Position numbers and translations under genes: made by a program
Assembly: GCA_963835845.1 (NCBI GenBank)
Contig: CAWIGT010000001.1
Location: 470,122 to 534,121, forward strand
Direction of reading: 5' to 3'
Length of the DNA stretch: 64,000 nt
Source of the DNA: an uncultured Chloroflexia bacterium
GTDB lineage: Bacteria > Chloroflexota > Limnocylindria > Limnocylindrales > CSP1-4
The notes under the pieces: model-generated
What the model was told of the DNA's origin: nothing
The model's database searches: none
What the model saw: only the letters and a program-made list of their open reading frames with translations
In this document: piece after piece, positions 1 through 9,473 of the stretch
How the letters are laid out: every line of letters begins with the position of its first letter
How positions within the stretch are numbered: position 1 is the first letter of the stretch

Positions 1-198
1 CCGGCCCAGGTCGTGTGGGCACTCGCCGTCGACCCGACCGGGGCTCAGGTGTTCATGCTGACGGGGACCGAGGGCCCGGACGGTACGGTGGGAGCGGTAC
101 GTGAACTCGTCTACCGCCGAACGTCCTCAGGCTGGGCGGGCGTTCTGGACCTGGCCGCAACATTCACGCGGGGTCTCGCTCAGGTCTACCTGCCCTGA
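1..198 (+). CDS. C-terminal fragment of a hypothetical protein (gene begins upstream of the window)
   Basis: Frame 1 is open from nt 1 to the TGA at 196-198 with GC-rich third positions. Only ~65 aa are visible and no family is recognisable. Confidence 0.35.
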   Translation, partial: PAQVVWALAVDPTGAQVFMLTGTEGPDGTVGAVRELVYRRTSSGWAGVLDLAATFTRGLAQVYLP

Positions 199-274
199 CT
201 TCGCTGAAGCGGCCCGGCGAGCCGCGGTCGCGAGTGCCTTTGCCGGTGGCGCTCTGATCTGCTGGGCGTCGCTG

Positions 275-283
275 TGCTACGAT
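275..283 (+). promoter_or_regulatory. Candidate extended -10 promoter element (TGcTACGAT) for tRNA-Val
   Basis: TGCTACGAT lies 12 nt upstream of the mature tRNA 5' end. The same cTGTGCTAnnaTCC context recurs upstream of infC (4021-4033), and TGCTATGAT occurs upstream of ruvB. Confidence 0.4.
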
Positions 284-294
284 CCGGGCCGCCC

Positions 295-371
295 GGGCGG
301 TTAGCTCAGTTGGTTAGAGCGCATGCTTGACATGCATGAGGTCAGAGGTTCAAGTCCTCTACCGCCCACCA
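295..371 (+). tRNA. tRNA-Val (anticodon GAC), CCA encoded
   Basis: Acceptor stem GGGCGGU/ACCGCCC. D-arm is AGCUCAGUUGGUUAGAGC. Anticodon stem CAUGC/GCAUG carries loop UUGACAU (GAC). T-arm is GGUUCAAGUCC. Discriminator A, then CCA. Confidence 0.9.
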
Positions 372-406
372 CCGAAACCAACTCAAGATTCAAAGCGTCG
401 AGCGGG

Positions 407-643
407 ACACGCCGCGTCGAGAGGATCCAAGAGAGCCGTCGCCACGGAGATCGTGGCTGAGAGCGACGGCGATTTCTCCGGCAGCGACACCACCCGCGAG
501 CGACCGGTCAACCGGTCCGGGATCCGCCCGTTAGAGCGGTCAAGAGCGCGCTGCGACGCGGCCAACCGGCCGGTTTGCGGCGAAGGCGGGTGGAACCGCG
601 AGAGATGCCTCTCGTCCTGTCGGACGGGAGGCTTTGCGTTTGT
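407..643 (+). promoter_or_regulatory. T-box riboswitch leader (Thr specifier ACC) controlling thrS
   Basis: Stem I base helix GCGGG(412-416)/CCCGC(493-497). ACC at 489-491 plus purine A492 sits directly 5' of the 3' strand. Distal hairpin GCCGUCGC(435-442)/GCGACGGC(463-470) is preceded by AGAGAG. T-box core GGGUGGAACCGCG is at 588-600, with a UGGAACC bulge between helices A1 and A2 (599-604/609-614). The terminator overlaps this structure. Confidence 0.8.
608..642 (+). terminator. Intrinsic terminator of the thrS T-box leader
   Basis: 10-bp stem CCUCUCGUCC(608-617)/GGACGGGAGG(622-631) with loop UGUC and tail CUUUGCGUUUGU. Its 5' strand overlaps the 3' strand of the antiterminator helix. Confidence 0.7.
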
Positions 644-696
644 AATGACACTCCGATGCCGACATCCAGCGGCCGGACGGTCGAACGGGAGATGAC

Positions 697-2581
697 ATGG
701 GCGACCAGGACGCGACCAAGGCCCCTGCAGCTGCCTCGGCAGCCGGCCCATCCGGCCAGAGCAGCGAACCCGAGGAGTACTTCGAAGCCGTCGTGCGCGG
801 CTCCGCCGAAGAGCTGCTCGACGCCGGCGCCCACAACGAACTCGACGCCATGCGCCATTCGACGGCCCACGTCATGGCCGAGGCCGTCGTGGCCATCTTC
901 CCGGACGCCCAGCTCGGCATCGGCCCGTCGATCGACGACGGCTTCTACTACGACTTCCTGCTGCCTCGGCCGCTGACGCCCGACGATCTGGCCGCGATCG
1001 AGGCCGGCATGCGAGCCTCTGTCGCCGCGGATCACGCGTTCGTTCGCGAGGAGGTTCCGTTCGAACGACGGCCGGGCGTTCTTCGAAGCAGCGCGACCAG
1101 CCGTTCAAGGTCGAGATCCTGGACGACCTTGCGGCACGCGCGAAAGATGCGGGCACGGCCGTCCCGCCAACGACCACCTACCAGCACGGCACGTTCATCG
1201 ACCTGTGCAAGGGTCCTCACGTCGCCAGCACCGGCAAGATCGGCCCGTTCAAGCTGATGACCGTGGCCGGCGCCTACTGGCGCGGCTCACGAGAAGCGGC
1301 CGATGCTGCAGCGCATCTACGGCACGGTCTGGCCGACGCAGGCGGAGCTCGACGCTTACCTCCAGCGGCGCGAGGAGGCCAGGAAGCGCGACCACCGCCG
1401 CCTCGGCGTCCAGCTCGACCTGTTCAGCTTCCACGACGTGAGCCCGGGTTCGGCGTTCTGGCACCCCAAGGGCCAGCGTCTGTGGCGCACGCTCGAAACT
1501 GCCATTCGCGAGGTCCAGGACAGGCGCGGGTATCAGGAAGTGTCCACGCCGATGCTGGTCCACAAGAAGCTGTGGGAGCAGTCCGGGCCACTGGGCCAAC
1601 TACCAGGACAGCATGTTCGTGCTCGAGTCGGAGGGCCAGACCTTCAGCCTCAAGCCGATGAACTGCCCCGAGAGCACGTTCATCTACAAGAGCCGGCTGC
1701 GCTCCTACCGTGACCTGCCGCTGCGTTTCTCCGAATTTGGCCGGCTCCACCGTAACGAGCGGTCGGGGACGCTGTCCGGCCTGACCCGCGTCCGCCACTT
1801 CGTCCAGGACGACGGCCACATCTACCTGCGGCCCGATCAGCTGCAGGAGGAGATTGCGGCTGCTGCTGGGCGAGGTCTACGAGGTCGTACGGCTGGTTCG
1901 GCCTCGACCCGAGCTTCACTTTCGGCACGCGGCCGGACAAAGCCCTGGGCGACCCGGCTCTGTGGGAGACGGCCGAAACGCAGATCAAGGCCGCACTCGA
2001 CGCCCTCGGCAAGCCGTACCGACTCAAGCCAAAGGACGGCAGCGTTCTACGCGCCGAAGATCGACATCCAGGTCGAGGACGCGCTCGGTCGCGAGTGGCA
2101 GACGGCCACGATCCAGGTGGACCTGGTGATGCTGCCGGAGCGGTTCGACTGCACCTATATCGACGAGAACGGCCAGGCCGTCCGGCCGATGACGATCCAT
2201 CGCGCCATCTACGGCTCGCTGGAGCGCTTCATCGGCGTCCTTATCGAGCACTTCGCCGGCGCCTTCCCGGTCTGGTGCGCTCCGGTCCAGGCGGTGGTGA
2301 TCCCGATCGCCGACCGCCACGTCGCGGCGGCGCAGGAACTCGGCGCTCTGCTTTCCGCGCGCAAGCTCCGCGTCGAGGTCGACGGCTCGGACAGCCGGAT
2401 GCAGAACAAGATCCGGCTGGCGCAGGAACAGAAGGTGCCGTACATGCTCGTTCTGGGTGACCGCGAGGTCGAGGCCAGGACCGTCGCGATCCGTAATCGT
2501 GCCGGCGAACAGGAGAACGGCGTCACCTGGACGGCCTTCATCGATCGGCTCGCCGAGGAGACGGCCGCCAGAAAGCCCTGA
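697..2581 (+). pseudogene. thrS: Threonyl-tRNA synthetase, readable only through ~7 single-nt frameshifts
   Basis: ThrRS motifs are spread over three frames: [98 protein letters not shown]. The C-terminal anticodon-binding domain ends at 2581. Frame changes lie near 1065, 1095, 1290, 1590, 1855, 1885 and 2040. Confidence 0.9.
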
Positions 2582-2586
2582 CGCGC

Positions 2587-3807
2587 CTAGCTCGAAACGG
2601 CCGGCGACTCTGCCGCGGCTTCGCCGGCCGGCACGGGCGCCTCGGACCGGCGCGTCCTGAAGCCGAGGATCGTCAGGAACGCGACGACCGTGGCCGCCAT
2701 GCTCATCAGGACCAGGAACGTCATGGCGCTCGCACCCGCGCGTTCCATGAACAGCCCCGTCAGGCCGGGCATGATCATTGCCCCGACGCTGTCGCCGAGC
2801 ATGATCACCGCGCTCACGCCGGCCGTGAGGCGGATCGATTGCACGGCCAGCGTGTATCCGCTCGGCCAGATCGGCGCCATGGCGAACCCGATGCCCGCGA
2901 CTGCGAGCCACAGGACTGCCGTCGACTCGGGCAGGGCGATCAGCAAGGTCAGGAAGGCGCCGACGCCACAGAACGCCACGACGAGGATCTGGGCGGGCGC
3001 TAATCGGATGGCGACGGGAATGGAAACGAGTCGCCCCATCGTGAACGCGAACCAGAAGAGCGATGTCAGATAGGCCGCGGCGGCCGCGTCGGCCAGGTTG
3101 AGCGTGACCGCGTACGTGTAGATCCAGCCGCCGAACGTGATCTCCGAGCTCACGTAGAAGAAGAGGAACAGCATCGCGGCGAGCACTATGGCCACGGGAT
3201 ACCAGCTGGTGCCACGCGGGGCGGATCCATCGGCGGGTAACGCCCGTAGCGGTGACGGTGGCCGCAGGAACAGCAGAATCGACGCTCCGACGCCGAAGTC
3301 GAACACGGCCAGGACCACGTATGCCTGCCAGTACGCGCCGCCGGCCGTCAGGAGGAGCCCCAGCAGGAACGGGCTGAGGAACGCCCCGAGCCCGAAGAAG
3401 AAGTGCAGGGCGTTGAGAAACGGGCCGGCCTTTCCGCCGTGCGTCCAGAGGAGCAGCGTGTTGGCTCCCGTGCCCACGACGCCGCCCGCCACGCCCTTCA
3501 CGACCAGGAGCGCCAGCAGCACCCCGATCCAGTGGACCTGTGGGACGAGGATGAGCAGCGAAGCCGAGAGCATCTCCGCCACGCCCAGAACGACACGACC
3601 GGAAGCCCAGTCGAAGAGCCATCCGCCGAGCAGTGTTCCGAGCGTACCGCCGACGGCGCCGAGGAGAAAGGCCAGGCCCATCTCACCCACGGTCGAACCC
3701 GTCTGGTTGGCCAGCGCCGGCAACGTCGGCCCGATCACGGACATGTCCAGGCCGAGACACATGTAGAGCGCGAAATAGCCGATCGATCGGCGGACTGCCG
3801 GGGCCAC
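2587..3807 (-). CDS. MFS transporter
   Basis: 406 aa, ~12 predicted TM helices with Gly-rich MFS-type loops. GTG start is preceded by GGAGGA. Confidence 0.7.
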   Translation of the reverse strand: MAPAVRRSIGYFALYMCLGLDMSVIGPTLPALANQTGSTVGEMGLAFLLGAVGGTLGTLLGGWLFDWASGRVVLGVAEMLSASLLILVPQVHWIGVLLALLVVKGVAGGVVGTGANTLLLWTHGGKAGPFLNALHFFFGLGAFLSPFLLGLLLTAGGAYWQAYVVLAVFDFGVGASILLFLRPPSPLRALPADGSAPRGTSWYPVAIVLAAMLFLFFYVSSEITFGGWIYTYAVTLNLADAAAAAYLTSLFWFAFTMGRLVSIPVAIRLAPAQILVVAFCGVGAFLTLLIALPESTAVLWLAVAGIGFAMAPIWPSGYTLAVQSIRLTAGVSAVIMLGDSVGAMIMPGLTGLFMERAGASAMTFLVLMSMAATVVAFLTILGFRTRRSEAPVPAGEAAAESPAVSS

Positions 3808-4001
3808 AGGTCCTCCGTACGCACGAGGAGCGATGCAGGGTCTACGTCGGCGGAGGATAGCCTAAGCTCGAGGCCAGGGTTACGGGGGGGCCGGACGAAT
3901 GGATGAGAGCTCATCCGAGGCATCCCAACTGTCGCGGACCGGGCGAATATCCCGCCTTTCGGAACGCTCGGCGGGCCGTCCATGGGCGCCTTCGGACGAG
4001 T

Positions 4002-4031
4002 TTGCCGCTCGTGAAACCCCTGTGCTATAGT
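4002..4031 (+). promoter_or_regulatory. Candidate promoter of the infC-rpmI-rplT operon
   Basis: -35 TTGCCG (4002-4007), 18-nt spacer, extended -10 TGcTATAGT (4023-4031). It lies ~115 nt upstream of the infC start. Confidence 0.45.
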
Positions 4032-4144
4032 CCCGCGGGCGACCGCCCGGTGCAGTCGTGCACTGGGTTTGGGCCGCTCGTCTGCTTTCGGGGCGAGAAC
4101 ACCCCGGGAGTGGTCAACCGGAACACGCAAAGAAGGGGTTCGCC

Positions 4145-4828
4145 ATTAGCCGAGACCTGCGCATCAATCAGATGATCCGAGTTTTCGAAGTTCGGGTCGT
4201 CGACGAAGACGGTAGCCAGCTTGGCGTCATGAGAACGGCCGACGCCTTGCGGCTTGCGCAGGAGCGGGGGCTCGACCTCGTGGAGGTCGCTCCACTTGCG
4301 AGTCCACCCGTGGCGCGGCTCCTCGATTTCGGTCAGTACAAGTACGAACTGACCAAGCGTGAGAAGGAAGCCAAGCGAAAGCAGCGTTCCATCACCTTCA
4401 AGGAAGTCAGGCTCAAGCCGAAGATCGGCGTAGGCGACTTCGATACGAAGGTCCGGCGGGCAGTCGAGTTCCTGGAAGACGGCGATCGCGTCAAGATCTC
4501 CGTGCAATTCCGGGGTCGCGAGCTGACCCACCCGCAGATCGGACGCGATTTGCTGGACAAGTTCGCGGAACAAATCAAGGAACACGGCGTGGTCGAGCGG
4601 CCTCCGCTGCTCGAGGGCAAGTCGATGCACATCAGCGTTGCCTCGACCCACAAACCGAAGGTCCACGAGCCGACGCCGTCGGCGACGGCCAAAGCTCACG
4701 CGAGGCCCGCGGACGAAGAGACGACCGAGACCGAAGACGCTCAGGAAGCAGTGAATGGGGAGACGCCGGCACTGCCGGCGCCGCCGAGACCCGAGCCGGA
4801 AAACGGCACGGCGTCGACTGGAGTGTGA
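4145..4828 (+). CDS. infC: Translation initiation factor IF-3, probable ATT start codon, ~58-aa acidic/Pro-rich C-terminal tail
   Basis: ISRDLRINQMIRVFEVRVVDEDGSQLGV... aligns from residue 1 with the IF-3 N-terminus (MSKDFIINEQIR...). ATT at 4145 is in frame, with GAAGGGG 7 nt upstream. The ORF-track ATG at 4058 would add 29 non-homologous residues. Confidence 0.85.
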   Translation: MSRDLRINQMIRVFEVRVVDEDGSQLGVMRTADALRLAQERGLDLVEVAPLASPPVARLLDFGQYKYELTKREKEAKRKQRSITFKEVRLKPKIGVGDFDTKVRRAVEFLEDGDRVKISVQFRGRELTHPQIGRDLLDKFAEQIKEHGVVERPPLLEGKSMHISVASTHKPKVHEPTPSATAKAHARPADEETTETEDAQEAVNGETPALPAPPRPEPENGTASTGV

Positions 4829-4832
4829 AACC

Positions 4833-5036
4833 GTGCCGAAGATGAAGAGCCACAAGGGGACCTCCAAGCGAATCGGGGTCACCGGCAGTGGCAAGGCCTA
4901 CCGTGTCAAGTCGTGGCGCGGCCATCACCTGGAGTTGAAGTCCTCGCGGCGCACCCGCCGCTATGACGGCAAGTCGATCGTGACCGGCGAGTCGATCGCC
5001 CAGGTCCGCCGGCTGCTGCCGTACCTGGGAGTCTGA
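4833..5036 (+). CDS. rpmI: 50S ribosomal protein L35
   Basis: (V)PKMKSHKGTSKRIGVTGSGK... matches the L35 N-terminus. GTG start at 4833; an alternative ATG is at 4842. Confidence 0.9.
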   Translation: MPKMKSHKGTSKRIGVTGSGKAYRVKSWRGHHLELKSSRRTRRYDGKSIVTGESIAQVRRLLPYLGV

Positions 5037-5042
5037 TCTTCG

Positions 5043-5390
5043 ATGGCACGCGTCAAGCGGGGCGTAACGTCCCACCACCGTCACAAGCGACTTCTCAACG
5101 AGGCCGAAGGCCGTACCGGCACCAACTCGCGTCTCATCCGCCGAGCGCACGAGTCGGCCCTGCACGCCCTCGCCTATGCCACGCGCGACCGCAAGCAGCG
5201 CAAGCGCCAGATGCGCCAGCTGTGGATCATCCGCATCAACGCCGCCGCTCGCCAGAACGACATCAGTTACGGCAAGCTGATCCGTGCTCTCAAGGACGCG
5301 AAGATCGAGTTGGATCGCAAGATCCTGGCCGACATCGCCGTGCGCGATTCGGCCACCTTCGCGCGGATCGTCAGTCTCGCCAAGGCCTGA
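5043..5390 (+). CDS. rplT: 50S ribosomal protein L20
   Basis: [18 protein letters not shown]...[13 protein letters not shown] is an L20 signature. Confidence 0.95.
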   Translation: MARVKRGVTSHHRHKRLLNEAEGRTGTNSRLIRRAHESALHALAYATRDRKQRKRQMRQLWIIRINAAARQNDISYGKLIRALKDAKIELDRKILADIAVRDSATFARIVSLAKA

Positions 5391-5685
5391 CCTTCGACCC
5401 GGGCCGGAAACGGGCGAACGGTCGACATACAAGGCGACGACGGAGAAGACGCGACGGGTCAAGGCCTTGAGGCTTTGACTCCCGATCCTTCAGGGAAAGC
5501 GGGTCCTGGACTGAAAGCCCGCCCGGGATCGATCTCGCCGGTTCACTCCTGAGCCGCCGGTTGAAGCCCCGACACGCGCGTCGAGGTGCGTAGGCCGGCC
5601 GGCCGGCTCCCGATATCGAGCCTGCCGCCGCAACAGGCGGACCAAGTGCCATACGTTGAAGGTTGGCGCCGGTGGTCTAGGCCGA

Positions 5686-5877
5686 GGCGGATCGAGCACA
5701 CGAAGCGAGCGCACCCATGCGTGCGTGAGCGAGCCAAGCCAGCTTGGCTTTGGGAGCGCAAGATCCAACGAAGGCATCGACCGCCAGCGACAATCCGGTA
5801 TGGAAGCGGGGTGGTACCGCGAGCCCTCGACTCGTCCCCGTCCGAAAGGACGGCGGAGCGTCCCCATCAGGACGCTC
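5686..5877 (+). promoter_or_regulatory. T-box-type leader upstream of pheS; antiterminator-like element clear, specifier unresolved
   Basis: T-box core GGGUGGUACCGCG is at 5809-5821. It folds as A1 GGGG(5808-5811)/CCCC(5836-5839), bulge UGGUACC, and A2 GCGAG(5819-5823)/CUCGU(5831-5835). A competing helix at 5831-5860 consumes the 3' half. There is no U-tract. Confidence 0.6.
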
Positions 5878-5936
5878 GGAGCCGGGGGTTCTAGATTCTC
5901 CGCAGCGGATGCCAGGCGGGCTCGGCCCGAGACCAA

Positions 5937-6986
5937 GTGAGGAAGAGCGTGGACTTCGACAGCCTGAGCGCGGATCTGCGAAGCCTGCAGCGGCGTGCGC
6001 TGGAGCAGATCTCGGGCGCCGCCGACCCGGGCGCCCTCGAAGCGTTGCAGATCCAGTATCTCGGCAAGAAGGGCGAACTGACGGCCGTTCTGCGAGGCAT
6101 CGGCGCCCTGCCAGCCGACGATCGGCCGCGCGTCGGTGCGGTCGCCAACGAAGTGAGCGAGGCCGTCAAGGCAGCGCTGGCAGGCCGCGGTTCCGCGTTG
6201 AACTCGCAGGTCCAGGCGGCCCGCCTGGCGGCTGAGAAGGTCGACGTCACGCTGCCGGGCCGGCCCGTCTCTCGTGGCGCGTTACATCCAATCCCCGAGA
6301 CCATCGCCGCCATCGCAGAAGTCTTCGGCCAGTTCGGCTTCGTCGTCTACGAGGGACCCGAAGTCGAGGACGACATGACCAACTTCCAGATGCTCAACAT
6401 CGCCCCGGATCACCCGGCCAGAGACCTCTGGGACACGTTGTACGTGGACATCCCCGGCCATTTGCTGCGGACCCACACCAGCCCGGGCCAGATCCGGGTC
6501 ATGCAGCAGGAGAAGCCGCCCATCAGGGCGCTCCTGCCGGGTCGGTGCTTCCGCTACGAGGCCGTCGACGCCAGCCACGGTTTCGAGTTCTACCAGGTCG
6601 AAGGTCTGATGGTCGATGAAGGCACCTCGATGGCGGATCTCAAGGGCCTGCTCGATGAGTTCGCCCATGCGCTGTTCGGCCCGCGCAAGACACGCTTCCG
6701 GCCCGGTTATTACCCGTTCACCGAGCCATCCGTCGCGTTCGACGTCGAGTGCATCGTCTGTGGCGGCGTCGGCTGCCCGGCCTGCTCGAAGTCGGGCTGG
6801 ATGACGATCCTCGGCGCCGGCATGGTCCATCCGGTCGTGCTGCAGTACGGCGACATCGACCCGGAGCGCTATCAGGGCTTCGCCTTCGGCATGGGCGTGG
6901 AACGCATAAGCAATCTGCGCCACGCCGTCCCCGACCTCCGCTACTACCTGGAAAACGACCTGCGCTTCCTGGAGCAGTTCCGATGA
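5937..6986 (+). CDS. pheS: Phenylalanyl-tRNA synthetase alpha subunit
   Basis: 349 aa, intact. Class II motifs present (FRYEAVDASHGFEFYQVEGL, GMGVERI). Start is GTG 5937 or GTG 5949. Confidence 0.9.
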   Translation: MRKSVDFDSLSADLRSLQRRALEQISGAADPGALEALQIQYLGKKGELTAVLRGIGALPADDRPRVGAVANEVSEAVKAALAGRGSALNSQVQAARLAAEKVDVTLPGRPVSRGALHPIPETIAAIAEVFGQFGFVVYEGPEVEDDMTNFQMLNIAPDHPARDLWDTLYVDIPGHLLRTHTSPGQIRVMQQEKPPIRALLPGRCFRYEAVDASHGFEFYQVEGLMVDEGTSMADLKGLLDEFAHALFGPRKTRFRPGYYPFTEPSVAFDVECIVCGGVGCPACSKSGWMTILGAGMVHPVVLQYGDIDPERYQGFAFGMGVERISNLRHAVPDLRYYLENDLRFLEQFR

Positions 6987-9473
6987 GAGTTCCGCTGAGC
7001 TGGCTGCGTGAGTACGTCGACGTCCAGCAGACTCCCGAGAAGCTGGCAGAACGCCTGACGCTGCTCGGTATGGAAGTCCAGGGCATCGAGCAGTGGGGCT
7101 CCGATTGGCGCTCGGTCGTGGTCGGCGAGCTGCTTACCGTCGAGAAGCATCCTTATGCGGATCGGCTGCACCTCACGACCGTCAACGTGGGTTCGGGCGA
7201 GCCGCTCCACATCGTCTGCGGCGCGAACAACATCGAGCCCGGCCAGCGCGTGCCGGTGGCCCTGCCCGGCGCCGTGCTGCCTGGCGAGCGCCGTATCGAG
7301 CGGACCGAGAAGATGGGCATAGCCTCGGAGGGCATGCTCTGCTCGGGTGACGAACTGCACATCACCAGCGACGCCGAGGGCATCCTGATCCTGCCGGCCA
7401 CGACGCCCTTGGGCCGCGACCTCTCGGACCTGTATGGTGACGTCGTCCTGGACGTAGACGTCAAGCCGAACCGCGGCGACGCACTCTGCCTGATCGGGCT
7501 GGCGCGAGAAGTGGCGGCCGCGACCGGCGCCACGCTCCACATGGCCCGAGATCTCCGTCGTGGAGGCGGGCGGGCCGACCGCCGATCGCCTCAAGGTGGA
7601 GATCCGGGAGCCGGAGCTTTGCACCCGGTTCGTCGGCCGCTGGATCAGTGGCGCGAAGATCGGCCCTTCGCCCGACACGATCCAGATGCGGCTCCAGGCC
7701 GCGGGCATGCGTCCGGTCAACAACGTGGTCGACGCCGCCAACTACGTGATGCTCGAACTCGGCAAGCCGACCCACACGTTCGACGGCGCCGCGGTCCACG
7801 ACGGCACGATCATCGTTCGGCGCGCCGTCGCGGGCGAGCGGCTGGAGACGCTTGATCACGTTGTTCGCGAGTTGACCTCCGAAACGCTGATCATCGCCGA
7901 CCCGCGCGGGCCCATCGGCATCGCCGGTGTCATGGGCGGCGCGGAGAGCGAGATCACCGAGGCGACGACCGAGATCGCCATCGAGTCGGCCATCTTCGAT
8001 CCGGTCAGTATCCGCCGAACCGGGCACCGTTACGCTCTCCGCTCCGAGGCGAGCCTGCGATTTGAGAAGGGACAGGAATTCCGGCTGGCCCGAATAGGAG
8101 CGGACCGGGTGGCTCAGCTGACGTTGACGTGGGCGGGCGGCGCCTGCGCCCGCGGCCGAGTGGACACGGCACCGGATGAGCCGGGTCCCGGGCGGCTCGC
8201 CTTCCGCCCCGCGCGGGTGAGCAAGCTGCTCGGTGCCATCATCGCCACGGCCGATCAGCGAGAGTCGCTGAAGCTCGTCGGTATCGATACCGAAGCGTCG
8301 CCGGCCGGCACGGCCATCCAGGTCTCGGCCGAACCCAAGCCGCTCGTCGTGGATGCCGGGCCTGATGAAGTCGTCGTTGCCGTGGTGCCGACCTGGCGCA
8401 GGGACCTGATGGTGGAGGCGGACGTCGCGGAGGAAGTGGCTCGTGTCCGTGGCTATGAGACCACGCCCGCGCACCTGCCCGACACGCTGATGCCGGCCTA
8501 CCGGCATTCGCCGCTCAAGGTTCGAGACCTGATTCGCGCCACCCTGGCCGGGGCAGGAGTGACCGAAGTAATCACTCACGCACTCGTCGCCCCGGAGTCG
8601 GAAGCGCGTCTCAAGTGGCCCGGCGACGACGGCCTGACGGCTTCGCAACTCGCCGGAGGCGAGCCGATCGCCGTGACGAACCCGCTCTCGAGTCAGCACT
8701 CGGTCCTGCGTCGGCATCTGGTCGGCAGCCTGCTGGACGTTATGTCCTTGAACGAGCGTCAGGGCCGCGGCGACGTGGCCATATTCGAGGTGGGCAAAGG
8801 CTACGGTCGAGTGGGGGAGACTCCGCGGGAGTGGACCCGACTGGGGATATTGCTGGCGGGGAATGCCGCCCCGCCGGCCTGGAACCGGCAGGCACGGGCA
8901 TACGACCTCGACGACGCCAAGGGAATTGTGGAGTTGCTCTGCGACCGGCTTCATCTGCCTGTGCCGGCCTATGAGCCGGACACTCGAGGCTTCCCTTTCC
9001 ATCCCGGTCGCGCTCTCATCGTCGGTTCTGCATCCGATGCCGAGACACTCAGCGGCCGTGTGGCGGAGTTGCACCCGGACGTCCTCGACGACTGGGGGCT
9101 GCGTGCCCAGCGCGTGATAGCGGCCGAACTCGCCATCCGCGGGCTCGACGAGGCCACGATGAAGATGGTCCACGTCGAGCCGATCGGCCGGTTCCCCGTG
9201 GTTGAGCGCGATCTGGCGATCATCGTCGCCGAAGACCGGCCCGCCGCCGAAGTGGAACAGGCGATCCGTCGCCACGCGGGCGGGTTGTTGCAGACGCTGG
9301 GAGTGTTCGACGTCTATCGTGGCGCGCCGCTGGCGGCGAGCGAGAGGAGCCTCGCCTACCGTCTCGTGTTCGGGACCGGGGATCGGACCCTGACCGAAGC
9401 GGAGGTGGAGGAGGCAGTGACTTCGGTTCGCGCCGGCCTCGAATCGGATCTGGGAGCGCGGATTCGGAGCTAG
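6983..9473 (+). pseudogene. pheT: Phenylalanyl-tRNA synthetase beta subunit, one frameshift near 7545
   Basis: ATG at 6983 overlaps the pheS stop (ATGA). MRVPLSWLREYV... with a tRNA-binding domain, then the B3/4 and B5 regions continue in the frame of ORF 7560..9473. The junction reads ...TLHM|(P)EISVVEAGG. Confidence 0.9.

Noticed and set aside
2024-3622. Very long ORFs antisense to or overlapping the called genes (e.g. 2024..3622-, 7461..9275-, 11916..13451-, 15112..16452-, 19334..21433-, 43842..45737-, 53275..55365- upstream part, 23686..25242- upstream part)
   Set aside because: Their translations are Arg/Gly/Pro/Ala-rich low-complexity strings with no family resemblance. Each lies opposite, or out of frame with, a gene that has clear conserved motifs. 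Such shadow ORFs are expected at ~68% GC because stop codons are rare.
5458-5479. Hairpin GUCAAGGCC-UUGA-GGCUUUGAC after rplT as an intrinsic terminator
   Set aside because: It is a good 9-bp stem, but it is followed by UCCCGAUCC with no U-tract. It cannot be called a terminator from sequence alone.
5770-5785. GAA-GGC-A next to a helix (UCGA-CCGCC) that looks like a Gly (GGC) specifier in the pheS leader
   Set aside because: The T-box bulge reads UGGU, predicting an A73 tRNA (tRNA-Phe), whereas bacterial tRNA-Gly has U73. The enclosed 5696-5772 region folds as a multi-branch rather than a Stem I-like hairpin. The downstream gene is pheS. The specifier is left unresolved rather than called Gly.
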